Assembly: GCA_963801355.1 (NCBI GenBank)
Contig: CAWDEM010000008.1
Coordinates: forward strand, 2,304,001-2,368,000
Reading direction: 5' to 3'
DNA length: 64,000 nt
Source: Ignavibacteriota bacterium
GTDB taxonomy: Bacteria; Bacteroidota; Ignavibacteria; UBA10030; UBA6906
In this document: one piece after another, positions 30,815 through 40,110 of the stretch
How positions within the stretch are numbered: position 1 is the stretch's first letter
Layout of the letters: the number at the start of each line of letters is the position of its first letter
The notes under the pieces: model-generated
The model's database searches: none
What the model saw: the letters and a program-made list of their open reading frames with translations, nothing else
Told to the model about the DNA's origin: nothing
Program-made: the position numbers and the translations under genes

Positions 30815-31938
30815 CGCGTATCGCATCGCACCATGACATCCTTGTCCTCTCCCGCATTCCCGGCGTCGGTCCCGCCCGCCTCCGTTCGCTGGTGGCCCAT
30901 TTCAAAGACACCGCTGCCATTTTTCGGGCTTCCCCGCGAGACCTGATCAGGGCAGAAGGTGTGGATCGCCGCACGGCCCTTTCCATAGTATCATCGTTGC
31001 GTCACGGAGTTCCCCGGGAATCGGCCGCGTATGCCGCCGACCAGCTCCGGCGTCTTGAAAAGGCCGGCGGCAGGATGGTGACACTCTGGGACGCTGAGTA
31101 CCCGGGACTCCTGAAAAGCATCTATGACCCCCCTCCCTTTCTCTTCCTCGTCGGCGCTCTGGACCCCCGTGCTGCCGCCGTAGCCGTTGTCGGCACACGC
31201 AACCCGAGCGCGTACGGCATGCGTGTGGCGGAACGTTTCGCCATGGACCTCGCCTCAAGGGGAATCACCATCGTGAGCGGACTGGCCCGCGGCGTCGATA
31301 CCGTCGCACACGGCTCTGCTCTCAAAGCAGGCGGCCGGACGATCGCCATCATCGGTTCCGGCATCGATATCATCTACCCCACGGAAAATACCGGACTCGC
31401 CCACCGTATCTGCGCCAAAGGCGCACTGGTCTCCGAGTTTGCCATGGGCACCAAGCCAGATGCCATGAATTTCCCCCAGCGCAACCGCATCATTAGTGGT
31501 ATGAGTCTGGGCACCGTCGTCGTCGAGACCGGCGTCGAAGGCGGTGCAATGATCACCGCGAGACTTGCCCTTGATCAGAACCGTGAGGTGTTCGCTGTTC
31601 CCTCTCCCGTCACTCCCGGAGGACGGTCCGGCACCAACCTGTTGATCCGCGAAGGGAATGCCACGCTCATTGAAACCGCCGATGACGTGCTCCGGGAACT
31701 CGCGCCGAGGCTCACGGGCTTCGTCACCGGTCTTCCCGATCCCCCTCCCTCGCCGCTGCCTCCCCTTACCCTGTTCGAGCAGAAGGTCCTCGACATCCTG
31801 ACCGATCATCCACAACACATCGATCTCGTTGCCGGGCGCTCGGGATTCACCACCGCGGAAGCGCTGGTCCACCTGCTTGCTCTCGAATTTAAGGGGGGCG
31901 CGCGGCAGCTTCCCGGGAAGTTCTTTCTGAGGGCCTGA
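30811..31938 (+). CDS. dprA: DNA-processing protein DprA (probable non-canonical start)
   Basis: Motifs IYDPPPFL, VVGTR, IVSGLARGVD, FPQRNRIISG and REVFAVP. The N-terminal HhH-like LSRIPGVGP lies upstream of the first GTG (30892); an in-frame CTG sits at 30811. Confidence 0.9.
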   Translation: MTRIASHHDILVLSRIPGVGPARLRSLVAHFKDTAAIFRASPRDLIRAEGVDRRTALSIVSSLRHGVPRESAAYAADQLRRLEKAGGRMVTLWDAEYPGLLKSIYDPPPFLFLVGALDPRAAAVAVVGTRNPSAYGMRVAERFAMDLASRGITIVSGLARGVDTVAHGSALKAGGRTIAIIGSGIDIIYPTENTGLAHRICAKGALVSEFAMGTKPDAMNFPQRNRIISGMSLGTVVVETGVEGGAMITARLALDQNREVFAVPSPVTPGGRSGTNLLIREGNATLIETADDVLRELAPRLTGFVTGLPDPPPSPLPPLTLFEQKVLDILTDHPQHIDLVAGRSGFTTAEALVHLLALEFKGGARQLPGKFFLRA

Positions 31939-31965
31939 GTTGTTTTCTTTCTCGCCAAAAATCGC

Positions 31966-31971
31966 TATACT
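31966..31971 (+). promoter_or_regulatory. -10 box (TATACT) of a probable leaderless DUF3109-rpoN-hslVU transcript
   Basis: TATACT lies 9 nt before the ATG at 31981, in an AT-rich spacer with no SD. Confidence 0.45.
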
Positions 31972-31980
31972 TATTGTGGT

Positions 31981-32541
31981 ATGATTGTTGTGGGCAATAC
32001 ATTTGTCGACGAAGCCATCACCTCCTCGGCGTTCTGCTGCGATCTGAAGGCCTGCAAAGGGGCATGCTGTTGCCTGGAGGGCGGGCGAGGGGCGCCGTTG
32101 ACCGACGAGGAAGTGCCTCTCGTGGCCGCCGCGTTTCCGTCTGCAAAGGAGTACCTGGACAGACGAAGCCTGGAAGTCATCGCCCGTGAAGGTCTCGTGG
32201 AAGGTTGGGCGGGAGGCTTCGCCACACCGTGCATCGATCACCGGGAATGCGTGTTTGTGTACTTTGATGACGGCATTGCCAAATGTGCCTTCGAACGCGC
32301 GTATGTGGAGGGCAGGACCACCTGGCGTAAGCCCCTTTCCTGCCATCTGTTCCCTGTCCGGGTCGGGCGGTTCGGGCAACGGTATCTCCGGTATGAACAG
32401 ATGCTGGAATGCCGGCCGGCACGTGAACACGGCGCGGCAATGAATATTTCACTCATGGATTTCCTGAAGGAATCACTCACCCGTGCGTTTGGAGAATCCT
32501 GGTATGTGCAGTTGCGCGACCGGTGCACCGGCCGGACCTGA
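31981..32541 (+). CDS. DUF3109 family Cys-rich protein
   Basis: Motifs FCCDLKACKGACC..GAPL, ECVF, KCAFE and KPLSCHLFPVR. Confidence 0.88.
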   Translation: MIVVGNTFVDEAITSSAFCCDLKACKGACCCLEGGRGAPLTDEEVPLVAAAFPSAKEYLDRRSLEVIAREGLVEGWAGGFATPCIDHRECVFVYFDDGIAKCAFERAYVEGRTTWRKPLSCHLFPVRVGRFGQRYLRYEQMLECRPAREHGAAMNISLMDFLKESLTRAFGESWYVQLRDRCTGRT

Positions 32542-32550
32542 AGCATCCTT

Positions 32551-34011
32551 ATGCTGAACATCTCCCTTCAACATAGGATGATGATGAAGCTGTCGCCTCA
32601 ACAGGTACAATACCTGAAGATGCTTCAGCTTCCCACGCTCGCGCTTGAACAAAAGATCAAGGCCGAACTTGAAATGAACCCCCTCCTCGAAGAGGGGTAC
32701 GACGAAGAACAGGAAGCTGCAACAGAACAGGAAGAACCTGAGAAGGAAGAGGTTTCGGAGGCGGAGGCCGCCAAAGCCGAAGAGGATCACACGCCGGACG
32801 AGGACGAGAAGTACTCCATCGAAGACTACATGAACGACGACAACTCCGGCTACAAGGCCCGCGAGCCGTTCGATGCCGAGGAGAAGGACGAATTCCCTGT
32901 CGCCGACACCCTGCCGCTGTATCACCGCCTCATGGAGCAGTTCAGCATGCTCGATCTCGATGATGAAGAGATCATGATCGGGCAGGAAATCATCGGCAAT
33001 GTGGACGAGGACGGCTATTTGCGCCGGGACATACCCGCGATAGTACAGGATCTCAACCTGACTCACGGAACCACTATTGCGGTCGAGAAGGCGGAGGCCG
33101 TCCTCAAGAAGATTCAGCGCCTGGATCCCGTGGGCATTGCTTCCCGGACGCTTCAGGAGTGTCTCATCATCCAGCTCGAAGTTGCCCCCGTCGATGCGGC
33201 ATCAAGGGCGCTCGCGCACCGGCTGTTGACGGAGTTCTACGACGATTTCACCATGCGCCACTTCGAGGAGCTCTCGAAGAAGCTCGGCATCAACCTGGAC
33301 GACCTCAAGAAGGTCATCGAGATAGTCCAGCATCTCAATCCCAAGCCGGGAGAGGGGGCATTCACCGCGCACGAAAACTATGTGGTGCCGGATTTCATTG
33401 TCACCAAGACGGAATCGGATTTCGTGATCACCCTGAATGACCGGAACATCCCCCCCCTCCGGATCAACAAGGCCTACCGGGATCTGATGTCCAAGCGGAA
33501 AAAGAACGGCGTCTCAACCGAGGCCAAGGATTTCATCCGCCAGCGCTTTGAGGCGGCAAAGTGGTTTATCAGTTCGATTCACCAGCGCCGCGAGACAATG
33601 TCCCGCGTCATGCGCACGATTGTCGAGAAACAGCACGACTTCTTCGAGACGGGGGAGGGACTCCGTCCGATGATCTACAAGGATATCGCCGAAGTCATCA
33701 GCATGGATATCTCGACCATCAGCCGTGTGGTGAACAGCAAATACGTCCAAACGGATTACGGCGTGTTTTCCCTCAGGCACTTCTTCAGCGACGCCATCAG
33801 CACCACCGGCGGTGAGGAAGTCTCCAACAAAGAAGTGAAGCGCAAACTGAAAACCATGATCGACGCCGAAGATCCGCTGCACCCGCTGAGCGATCACAAA
33901 CTGGCGCAGATGCTGAATGCGGACGGCCTGAATATCGCCCGCCGCACCGTGGCTAAATACCGGGAAGCCATGCTCATACCAGTCGCTCGCCTCCGTAGAA
34001 AACTTACCTGA
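32551..34011 (+). CDS. rpoN: RNA polymerase sigma-54 factor
   Basis: Gln/Leu-rich region I; ELEMNPLLE; LDPVG; ISTISRV; RpoN box [10 protein letters not shown]. Confidence 0.98.
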   Translation: MLNISLQHRMMMKLSPQQVQYLKMLQLPTLALEQKIKAELEMNPLLEEGYDEEQEAATEQEEPEKEEVSEAEAAKAEEDHTPDEDEKYSIEDYMNDDNSGYKAREPFDAEEKDEFPVADTLPLYHRLMEQFSMLDLDDEEIMIGQEIIGNVDEDGYLRRDIPAIVQDLNLTHGTTIAVEKAEAVLKKIQRLDPVGIASRTLQECLIIQLEVAPVDAASRALAHRLLTEFYDDFTMRHFEELSKKLGINLDDLKKVIEIVQHLNPKPGEGAFTAHENYVVPDFIVTKTESDFVITLNDRNIPPLRINKAYRDLMSKRKKNGVSTEAKDFIRQRFEAAKWFISSIHQRRETMSRVMRTIVEKQHDFFETGEGLRPMIYKDIAEVISMDISTISRVVNSKYVQTDYGVFSLRHFFSDAISTTGGEEVSNKEVKRKLKTMIDAEDPLHPLSDHKLAQMLNADGLNIARRTVAKYREAMLIPVARLRRKLT

Positions 34012-34019
34012 AGGGCGCC

Positions 34020-34556
34020 ATGACCGACATTATCCGCTCCACGACAGTTCTGGGGCTCACCCACAACGGCGTTACTGCCATAGGCGCCGACGGGCAGGTG
34101 ACGATCGGCCAGACGGTCATGAAGCATAAGGCCCGGAAGATCCGCCGGCTGTACAACGACACCATTCTCGCGGGGTTCGCCGGAGCGGCGGCCGATGCAT
34201 TCACCCTGTTCACGAAATTCGATGACTACCTGGAGAAGCACCACGGCAATCTCCAGAGGTCCGCGGTAGAGCTGGCCCGCGAATGGCGCACGGACAAGTA
34301 TCTCCGCCAGCTTGAAGCACTGCTCGCCGTGCTCGACGGGTCCAACGCACTGGTGATTTCGGGCACCGGCGAGATTATCGAACCGGACGACGGCATCGTC
34401 GCCATCGGCTCGGGAGGCATGTATGCTCTCGCCGCAGCCCGCATGCTGGTCCGACACTCCTCCCTTCCCACCCCCGAGATTGTCCGCCAGGCATTGCTCG
34501 CCGCAGCCGACATTTGCATCTACACCAACACCAACATCATCATCGAAGAACTTTGA
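34020..34556 (+). CDS. hslV: ATP-dependent protease peptidase subunit HslV
   Basis: Short propeptide then TTVLG; motifs [23 protein letters not shown] and DICIYTN. Confidence 0.97.
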   Translation: MTDIIRSTTVLGLTHNGVTAIGADGQVTIGQTVMKHKARKIRRLYNDTILAGFAGAAADAFTLFTKFDDYLEKHHGNLQRSAVELAREWRTDKYLRQLEALLAVLDGSNALVISGTGEIIEPDDGIVAIGSGGMYALAAARMLVRHSSLPTPEIVRQALLAAADICIYTNTNIIIEEL

Positions 34557-34582
34557 GCCGCGAACGCGGCACGGACGCTCCT

Positions 34583-35968
34583 ATGGTCGCACCAACGCCA
34601 GCTTCCACCGTACGGGAACTCACGCCGAGAGAAATCGTGCGCGAACTCGACCTGTACGTCATCGGACAGGACGCGGCGAAGAAATCGGTCGCCATCGCCC
34701 TCCGCAACCGCTGGCGCCGCCTGCAGGTTCCTCCCGGCCTCCGGGAGGAAATTATGCCCAATAACATTATCATGATCGGCCCGACCGGCGTGGGGAAGAC
34801 GGAAATCGCCCGCCGCCTCGCCCGTCTTGCCAATGCCCCCTTTATCAAGGTCGAAGCATCCAAATTTACAGAGGTCGGCTACGTGGGCCGCGATGTGGAA
34901 TCCATCATACGTGATCTCACCGAGTATGCTGTCAGCATGGTGAAAGCGGAACGGCGTGTCGACGTGGAAGACAAGGCGAAAGTCCTGGCCGAAGAGCGGA
35001 TGTTGGACCTTCTCCTTCCCGCACCACGGCGCCGCTCAGCCGAGACCACGGACGAAAAGCCCGGGGAGGAACCCGACGAGGCGTCGTCCACCCGCGAGCG
35101 CCTCCGGGAACGGCTGCGCGGCGGCCAGCTGGAGCAACGGTTGATCGAACTTGATGTTCCCGCCAGCAGCACCCCGCTGATGCAGGTGATCGGCCCGATG
35201 TCGCTGGATGATATGGGCATCAATCTCCAGGATATGTTCGGCGGCATGCTGCCCAAGAAGATGAAGCGTCGCAAGGTCACCGTCGCAGAAGCCCGCGTCA
35301 TCCTCGTGAACGAGGAAGCCCAGAAACTCATCGATCACGATGCCGCAGTCAAGGATGCGCTGCATCGGGTCGAGAACTCGGGCATCGTCTTCATTGATGA
35401 GATAGACAAGATTGCGGGAAAACAGAGTCACGCCGGCGGACCCGACGTCTCGCGCGAAGGGGTGCAACGTGACCTCCTCCCCATCGTGGAGGGATCCAAT
35501 GTTACCACCAAATACGGGACCGTGAAGACCGATCACATCCTCTTCATCGCTTCAGGCGCATTTCATGTCGCCAAGCCCTCGGATCTGATTCCGGAAATGC
35601 AGGGACGGTTTCCCATCAGGGTGGAACTTCACAGCCTCAGCGAAGAGGATTTCGTGAAGATTCTCACGGTGCCGCAGAACGCCCTCATCAAGCAGTATGC
35701 CGCCCTGCTGGAGACGGAAGGGGTGCATCTGGACTTCCGTGAGGATGGCATACGCGAGATTGCCCGCATCGCCAGCGAAGTGAACGAACAGGTGGAGAAC
35801 ATCGGAGCCCGGCGTCTCCACACCATCCTCACAACACTGCTGGAGGAGACACTGTACCTGGCTCCCGATGAACTTCCCGTTGCGACCGTGGTCATCGACC
35901 GCGAACGCGTTCAAACGCGCCTCGCCAGCATCGTCCGCAACAGGGATCTCTCAAAGTACATCCTCTGA
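34583..35968 (+). CDS. hslU: ATP-dependent protease ATPase subunit HslU
   Basis: Motifs [35 protein letters not shown] and NIGARRL; ATG at 34583. Confidence 0.97.
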   Translation: MVAPTPASTVRELTPREIVRELDLYVIGQDAAKKSVAIALRNRWRRLQVPPGLREEIMPNNIIMIGPTGVGKTEIARRLARLANAPFIKVEASKFTEVGYVGRDVESIIRDLTEYAVSMVKAERRVDVEDKAKVLAEERMLDLLLPAPRRRSAETTDEKPGEEPDEASSTRERLRERLRGGQLEQRLIELDVPASSTPLMQVIGPMSLDDMGINLQDMFGGMLPKKMKRRKVTVAEARVILVNEEAQKLIDHDAAVKDALHRVENSGIVFIDEIDKIAGKQSHAGGPDVSREGVQRDLLPIVEGSNVTTKYGTVKTDHILFIASGAFHVAKPSDLIPEMQGRFPIRVELHSLSEEDFVKILTVPQNALIKQYAALLETEGVHLDFREDGIREIARIASEVNEQVENIGARRLHTILTTLLEETLYLAPDELPVATVVIDRERVQTRLASIVRNRDLSKYIL

Positions 35969-35970
35969 CA

Positions 35971-36016
35971 GCCGATGGACAATTGTCCATAGTCAATTGA
36001 CTATTGTCCATCCGGC
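35971..36016. repeat. Nested/overlapping palindromes between convergent genes (possible bidirectional terminator or binding site)
   Basis: ATGGACAATTGTCCAT (35975-35990) and ATAGTCAATTGACTAT (35989-36004) are perfect 16-bp palindromes, inside an outer GATGGACAAT...ATTGTCCATC inverted repeat. Confidence 0.75.
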
Positions 36017-36019
36017 CCT

Positions 36020-37420
36020 CTAGATTCCGATGCGCATGCCCATTGCAACCGCTCCATGATCGAGGGCGGCTTCCGAGAACAGAAAGTTGAGATGTTCGGA
36101 AGCAAGATCCAGATCGAACACGCCGAAGTGAAAGCCTATGCCCAGGGCGAAGCTGTAGCGATCCGGCCCGCCGAATGATACCCCCGACCGGAGAGGCAGA
36201 AACTCCCATGGCTTGAATTCCAGACCCATGGAGAGCCGTCCGGACTGCGGTCCGGCCGCCCCATCCACCAGACCGATGTTGAAGTCACAGGCGAACATCC
36301 ACTCACCCCAGAGAAACTCCCGGAGCCCGGGAACTTTGTGAAGTTCCACGGCGGCACCGACACGAAACATTGTGGTCAGCGGTGTGCTGAATGGCGTACC
36401 GGGAATGCGTTCGCCCGTGACGGCGTCCTCCAGCGAGTCGCGTTGGGTCTCTTCCAGGGGGTTGTCGACAGTGACGATCCCCGAAGACACGACCTGCTCG
36501 AGATTTCGCGTCCATTCAACAGAGCCGATATCGGTGATACTCACACCGGCCCGCAGGTAGCGGGTGATATCGGAGGCAATACCCAGATCAAGTCCCCATC
36601 CCGTGCCGGCCGGTGCCGGAAAGGGCTGATAAGCGGCGCCCGTCCCGCCGCGGATGGGATCGATCCCCGCCATCCGGCCGCCGAAATCCATGGTGCCATG
36701 CAGTATGCCGTCCAATCCCGTGGTGAATCGGGTATTCGCCCGTTCAATCTCAAAACACCCGAAACCGTGGATCACCTTCACGGCAACTCCCGCGGAAAGG
36801 GAACGCACAAACACGGGGGTCGGCAACTCCCGCGCGTACGTGAGAGCGTATTCGCGCAACCACATCACCTGTGCCGATGTCTGACTAAAATCGTACGAAG
36901 ATCCCGGCGGATTGCCATAGAGCAGGAATTCCGCGAAGTCCTGCGGGATCATGAAATTCATCGACCCGTACTCGGTGATCGTGAATGCGAGGTTGCCGTA
37001 CTCGTGAAGTTGCACGAGCACGCCGATGGGACGAGCCTCCAGGTGCGCGGATCCCCGGCCGAGGCCGTCCGGAAACGATGCCAGCAACGTGCGTTTGTCC
37101 GCGTCGGTGAGCAAGCGCCCTATGCGGCCGCCCGACTCCTTTTCTCCGGTGAAATACTCCTCATAGAGATCGTACGTCATGAAGTCGATGCCGAATTGTG
37201 CCCCGAATGGCATGAGGCCGACGGTCACCGTGCCGCGGCCCGGCACGGCCAGGTTGGCGGGGTTGAGTCCGACGGCATCCAGGCCCCGGGACGACCCGAC
37301 GAATGTCCTCGCCATTCCCATCCCCTGAATATTCGTCCATTCCCCCGCCGCAACGGCACTTTCAACCCGCAGGGCCACTGCTACGGACACGAGCGTCACC
37401 GCACCTATCCACCTGTTCAT
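36020..37420 (-). CDS. DUF5723-like outer-membrane beta-barrel protein
   Basis: Signal peptide; GMGMA...NPANLA N-terminal motif shared with FadL/PorV-type barrels; GWGLDLG and SITDIGSVEW; C-terminal alternating strand. ATG 37420 overlaps the upstream stop. Confidence 0.75.
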   Translation of the reverse strand: MNRWIGAVTLVSVAVALRVESAVAAGEWTNIQGMGMARTFVGSSRGLDAVGLNPANLAVPGRGTVTVGLMPFGAQFGIDFMTYDLYEEYFTGEKESGGRIGRLLTDADKRTLLASFPDGLGRGSAHLEARPIGVLVQLHEYGNLAFTITEYGSMNFMIPQDFAEFLLYGNPPGSSYDFSQTSAQVMWLREYALTYARELPTPVFVRSLSAGVAVKVIHGFGCFEIERANTRFTTGLDGILHGTMDFGGRMAGIDPIRGGTGAAYQPFPAPAGTGWGLDLGIASDITRYLRAGVSITDIGSVEWTRNLEQVVSSGIVTVDNPLEETQRDSLEDAVTGERIPGTPFSTPLTTMFRVGAAVELHKVPGLREFLWGEWMFACDFNIGLVDGAAGPQSGRLSMGLEFKPWEFLPLRSGVSFGGPDRYSFALGIGFHFGVFDLDLASEHLNFLFSEAALDHGAVAMGMRIGI

Positions 37421-39462
37421 GGATTCACCCTGTAGGAAAATTCCGACCACACACGCACACGCACCTTGTCCGTCGTGCGGAAGTTCACTGCATCGACCCC
37501 TGGAGTGGCGACACCCATGCTCATGTGCACGTATACTGCACTGTTGAACCGGGACACCTCCGTTTTGTCAAGCGTTATGATGCGGGTCGAATGCGCGGGC
37601 GTCTGCACGTCCCCGTTCGTCACCATCGCCGCGCCGATTTCCATGGAATCCCCGACGCTCTGCGGAATCGTCAGCAGCGGATGGCGTCCGTTGTCGAGCA
37701 ATACCAACTTCATCTTCACACCCATCGGGAGACCATTGTCGATCTCCAGATGTACCTTTCCGGAGTTGACCTCATTCAGGGTCTCCGGGTCGATCAGATA
37801 GTCGGCGTTGCCGTCGCCGGTCGTGTCGCCCATGACCAGCGTGTCTGCAAACCACCCGTCGACAATGCGCAGGGTCATCGGGAGCGACAAATCGACATCG
37901 CCCCCGAAATAGCCATGTCGTCCTATACGTGCGGTCATCGTCGTGTCATGGTCCGGATTCAGCACGACCATGCCGACGATCCGCAGGGAATCAGGCAGGT
38001 CGCCGGACGCCCGTGAAAGGAAATTCCCGACATCACCGGGGGAGAAGTCGATGACACTGAGTCCCAGGTTCCCCTTGGTTACCGGGACCGGCAGGGTGGT
38101 GACACTCCCATTCCGGTCTTTGGATTCTATCCTCAGATTCAATTCCATGGGAAGCACGATGGACGTGCGCGGGGTGAAGCGCATCGCCGCCCCCGGAATG
38201 GTCAGGGCCCCTCCAAACTTGGTCGTGAGATCCCCGAGATTAAGACCGATCATCTGATCGACGGCAATCGCGGTCGGACTGAGGACGGCCACAGCACTAT
38301 CGGCAACAACGATCGACGATGCGACCTTCGCCGAGACGTAGTCAGTGGAGTGTATGGACACAAAATTCCCTGCTGACCCCACAGTAGTGGCGGACACATC
38401 TGCGGTCAGCGATCGCACAAATCCATTTCCGGGATCATGGAGATGGAAGTGCGCAAGATCAACGGCGATATCCTGCGAATCATGCGGGGCAAGCGGAATC
38501 GTCCTCTCGTAGGGCTGGCCGGACTGTGTCAGGAGTTCCGCCACCCGGAGACGAACCGTGGACGGAAGATTCACAGTGCTGACAATGTGGAAGTTCAATA
38601 TGCCGCGGTTGATCCATACGTCTTTGGCAAGTGTTTTTGAATCGAAGGGAATCGTACAGGTGGTGTCAATGCGCTGGGCATCGATGTTCGAGACATTCGC
38701 TGACAGAGCGATCAGGTTCTCGGCCGACAGGGTCACGATGAGCATAGGATCGGGTATCGTGACCGGCGACGTGCCGCTCCCCGGGCTCGAGATGCGCATG
38801 CCCTGTACACGGAGTCTGTGCCTCACGAGGATGCCTCCGAGGTCGGTTCCGGCGGAGCGTTCCCCGCCCGCGCTGATGGGCGCCGCGCCAAAATCCAGAA
38901 CTCCGATTGTTCCGCCCTCCTCATCCACGATCGTGATCGGCTCTTCAATCACGATTGCGACCGGCATGCGATTCTGTATCCGCATGGTCACCCGCCCGCT
39001 CTGGAGCATCGCGTAGTCAATGAAGGGAACATCCCCGCTTACCGCCGGCATGTTCATCGGCGGGACCGGGGGGACAATCGTTGTCTGACCCGGGGTAAAC
39101 CCCGGGATGTTGACCGACAGCTCAAACGGTTGACTCTTAATGGAGAACGGGCCCAACTCCGAGGCGAATGATGAATTGATGGGATCGAGTGCTATGCGAT
39201 CACCGACGAAGGTCAGTGGGGCCTGCGCCGAGGTCTTGAGCATCAACTGCGTGGTGCCGGGCACGACCTGGAGGAGATCCGGATCCTTTTCTGCTATCTC
39301 CGCAAGGGCGTATGATCGGTTGGCAATCGGGGCCGTGAGATCGACATCCCACCGAGGCATCACGGGATCCACCGGCTTGTCAAAGCATTGAAACGCACCT
39401 GCCGCGAGCGCAAAGGCCAGCACACGCACCGCGGCGGCGATGGATTTGTCCCGGTTCACCAT
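37417..39462 (-). CDS. Large uncharacterised beta-rich lipoprotein
   Basis: 681 aa; signal peptide ending AGAFQC; P.WDVDL..P motif; beta-strand-rich; SD GAGGAG upstream. Confidence 0.75.
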   Translation of the reverse strand: MVNRDKSIAAAVRVLAFALAAGAFQCFDKPVDPVMPRWDVDLTAPIANRSYALAEIAEKDPDLLQVVPGTTQLMLKTSAQAPLTFVGDRIALDPINSSFASELGPFSIKSQPFELSVNIPGFTPGQTTIVPPVPPMNMPAVSGDVPFIDYAMLQSGRVTMRIQNRMPVAIVIEEPITIVDEEGGTIGVLDFGAAPISAGGERSAGTDLGGILVRHRLRVQGMRISSPGSGTSPVTIPDPMLIVTLSAENLIALSANVSNIDAQRIDTTCTIPFDSKTLAKDVWINRGILNFHIVSTVNLPSTVRLRVAELLTQSGQPYERTIPLAPHDSQDIAVDLAHFHLHDPGNGFVRSLTADVSATTVGSAGNFVSIHSTDYVSAKVASSIVVADSAVAVLSPTAIAVDQMIGLNLGDLTTKFGGALTIPGAAMRFTPRTSIVLPMELNLRIESKDRNGSVTTLPVPVTKGNLGLSVIDFSPGDVGNFLSRASGDLPDSLRIVGMVVLNPDHDTTMTARIGRHGYFGGDVDLSLPMTLRIVDGWFADTLVMGDTTGDGNADYLIDPETLNEVNSGKVHLEIDNGLPMGVKMKLVLLDNGRHPLLTIPQSVGDSMEIGAAMVTNGDVQTPAHSTRIITLDKTEVSRFNSAVYVHMSMGVATPGVDAVNFRTTDKVRVRVWSEFSYRVNP

Positions 39463-39512
39463 GATCCTCTCCTCTCAGACGTCTCCGTTGTTGGCACACT
39501 GGGGCCTCGTTG

Positions 39513-39528
39513 TACAAAGCCGGTGCCA
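39513..39528 (-). promoter_or_regulatory. Putative sigma54 -24/-12 promoter
   Basis: Minus strand TGGCAC-CGGCT-TTGTA versus consensus TGGCAC-N5-TTGCW; 50 nt upstream of the lipoprotein ATG. Confidence 0.6.
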
Positions 39529-39565
39529 GCAGGAGCGTCCGCGTGGCGGGGGTCAGAAATAACCG

Positions 39566-39578
39566 TAATGTATTGAAA
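39566..39578 (-). promoter_or_regulatory. Putative IHF binding site
   Basis: Minus strand TTTCAA-TACA-TTA versus WATCAA-N4-TTR (1 mismatch), in an AT-rich patch just upstream of the sigma54 site. Confidence 0.5.
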
Positions 39579-39720
39579 TGTATTAGGTTAGAAGAGTGGT
39601 GGTGCTGGTATCGGAAGGCAAAATGACCACCCCGGATGCTCCCGGAGTGTTGATTCTACAATATCTTCACCACAAGAGGAAAGATGTCTGTGCGTCGCCG
39701 GAAAAGGGAGCGAACAGCGG

Positions 39721-40047
39721 TCAGTGGACTTTCTCGTCATTGATCGTCGGCTGAAATCCAAATCCCGTTGGTCCTTCCCCGTGGATCTTGATTTCACCGA
39801 ACTTCAGCTCGTATTTGGAAAGATTGTCGTCAAGCGCGCGGAGCAGGAGTTTGGCATGCTGTGCGGTCATGATGACGCGAGCATGAACGCGCGCCTTTGG
39901 AACGCCGGGCAGGACGCGCGTAAAATCTATGACGAACTCTGCAGGCGAGTGGGTAATGATTGCGAGATTGGAATAAATGCCTTCTGCTTCTTTTTCGCCA
40001 AGCTCGATATTGATTTGCTGCTGCTGGGGCACGGGGGCGTCACTCAT
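39721..40047 (-). CDS. DUF3467 family protein
   Basis: Motifs QINIEL..AEGIYSNLAIITHS.AEFVIDF and ARVIMT..HAK.L; strong SD. Confidence 0.9.
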   Translation of the reverse strand: MSDAPVPQQQQINIELGEKEAEGIYSNLAIITHSPAEFVIDFTRVLPGVPKARVHARVIMTAQHAKLLLRALDDNLSKYELKFGEIKIHGEGPTGFGFQPTINDEKVH

Positions 40048-40060
40048 CGGTCTCTCCTTC

Positions 40061-40093
40061 AAAAAAAAAGCCCCACCCTTTGGCGGGCAGGGC
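40061..40093 (-). terminator. Rho-independent terminator after the TPR gene
   Basis: Minus strand GCCCTGCCC-GCCAAA-GGGTGGGGC followed by T9. Confidence 0.85.
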
Positions 40094-40110
40094 CTGTCGT
40101 CATCGTTTCG

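Noticed and set aside
34514-34582. His-rich N-terminal extension ([10 protein letters not shown]) on HslU in the ORF track
   Set aside because: It is an alternative reading of the hslV 3' end. HslU homology starts near ATG 34583.
39491-39507. Plus-strand TTGGCAC as a second sigma54 site
   Set aside because: No TTGC-like -12 element at the required spacing, and no plus-strand gene downstream.
39588-39797. 69-aa minus-strand ORF upstream of the lipoprotein gene as a leader peptide
   Set aside because: It overlaps DUF3467 out of frame, has no SD or recognisable motif, and the region is better explained as sigma54 upstream regulatory DNA.
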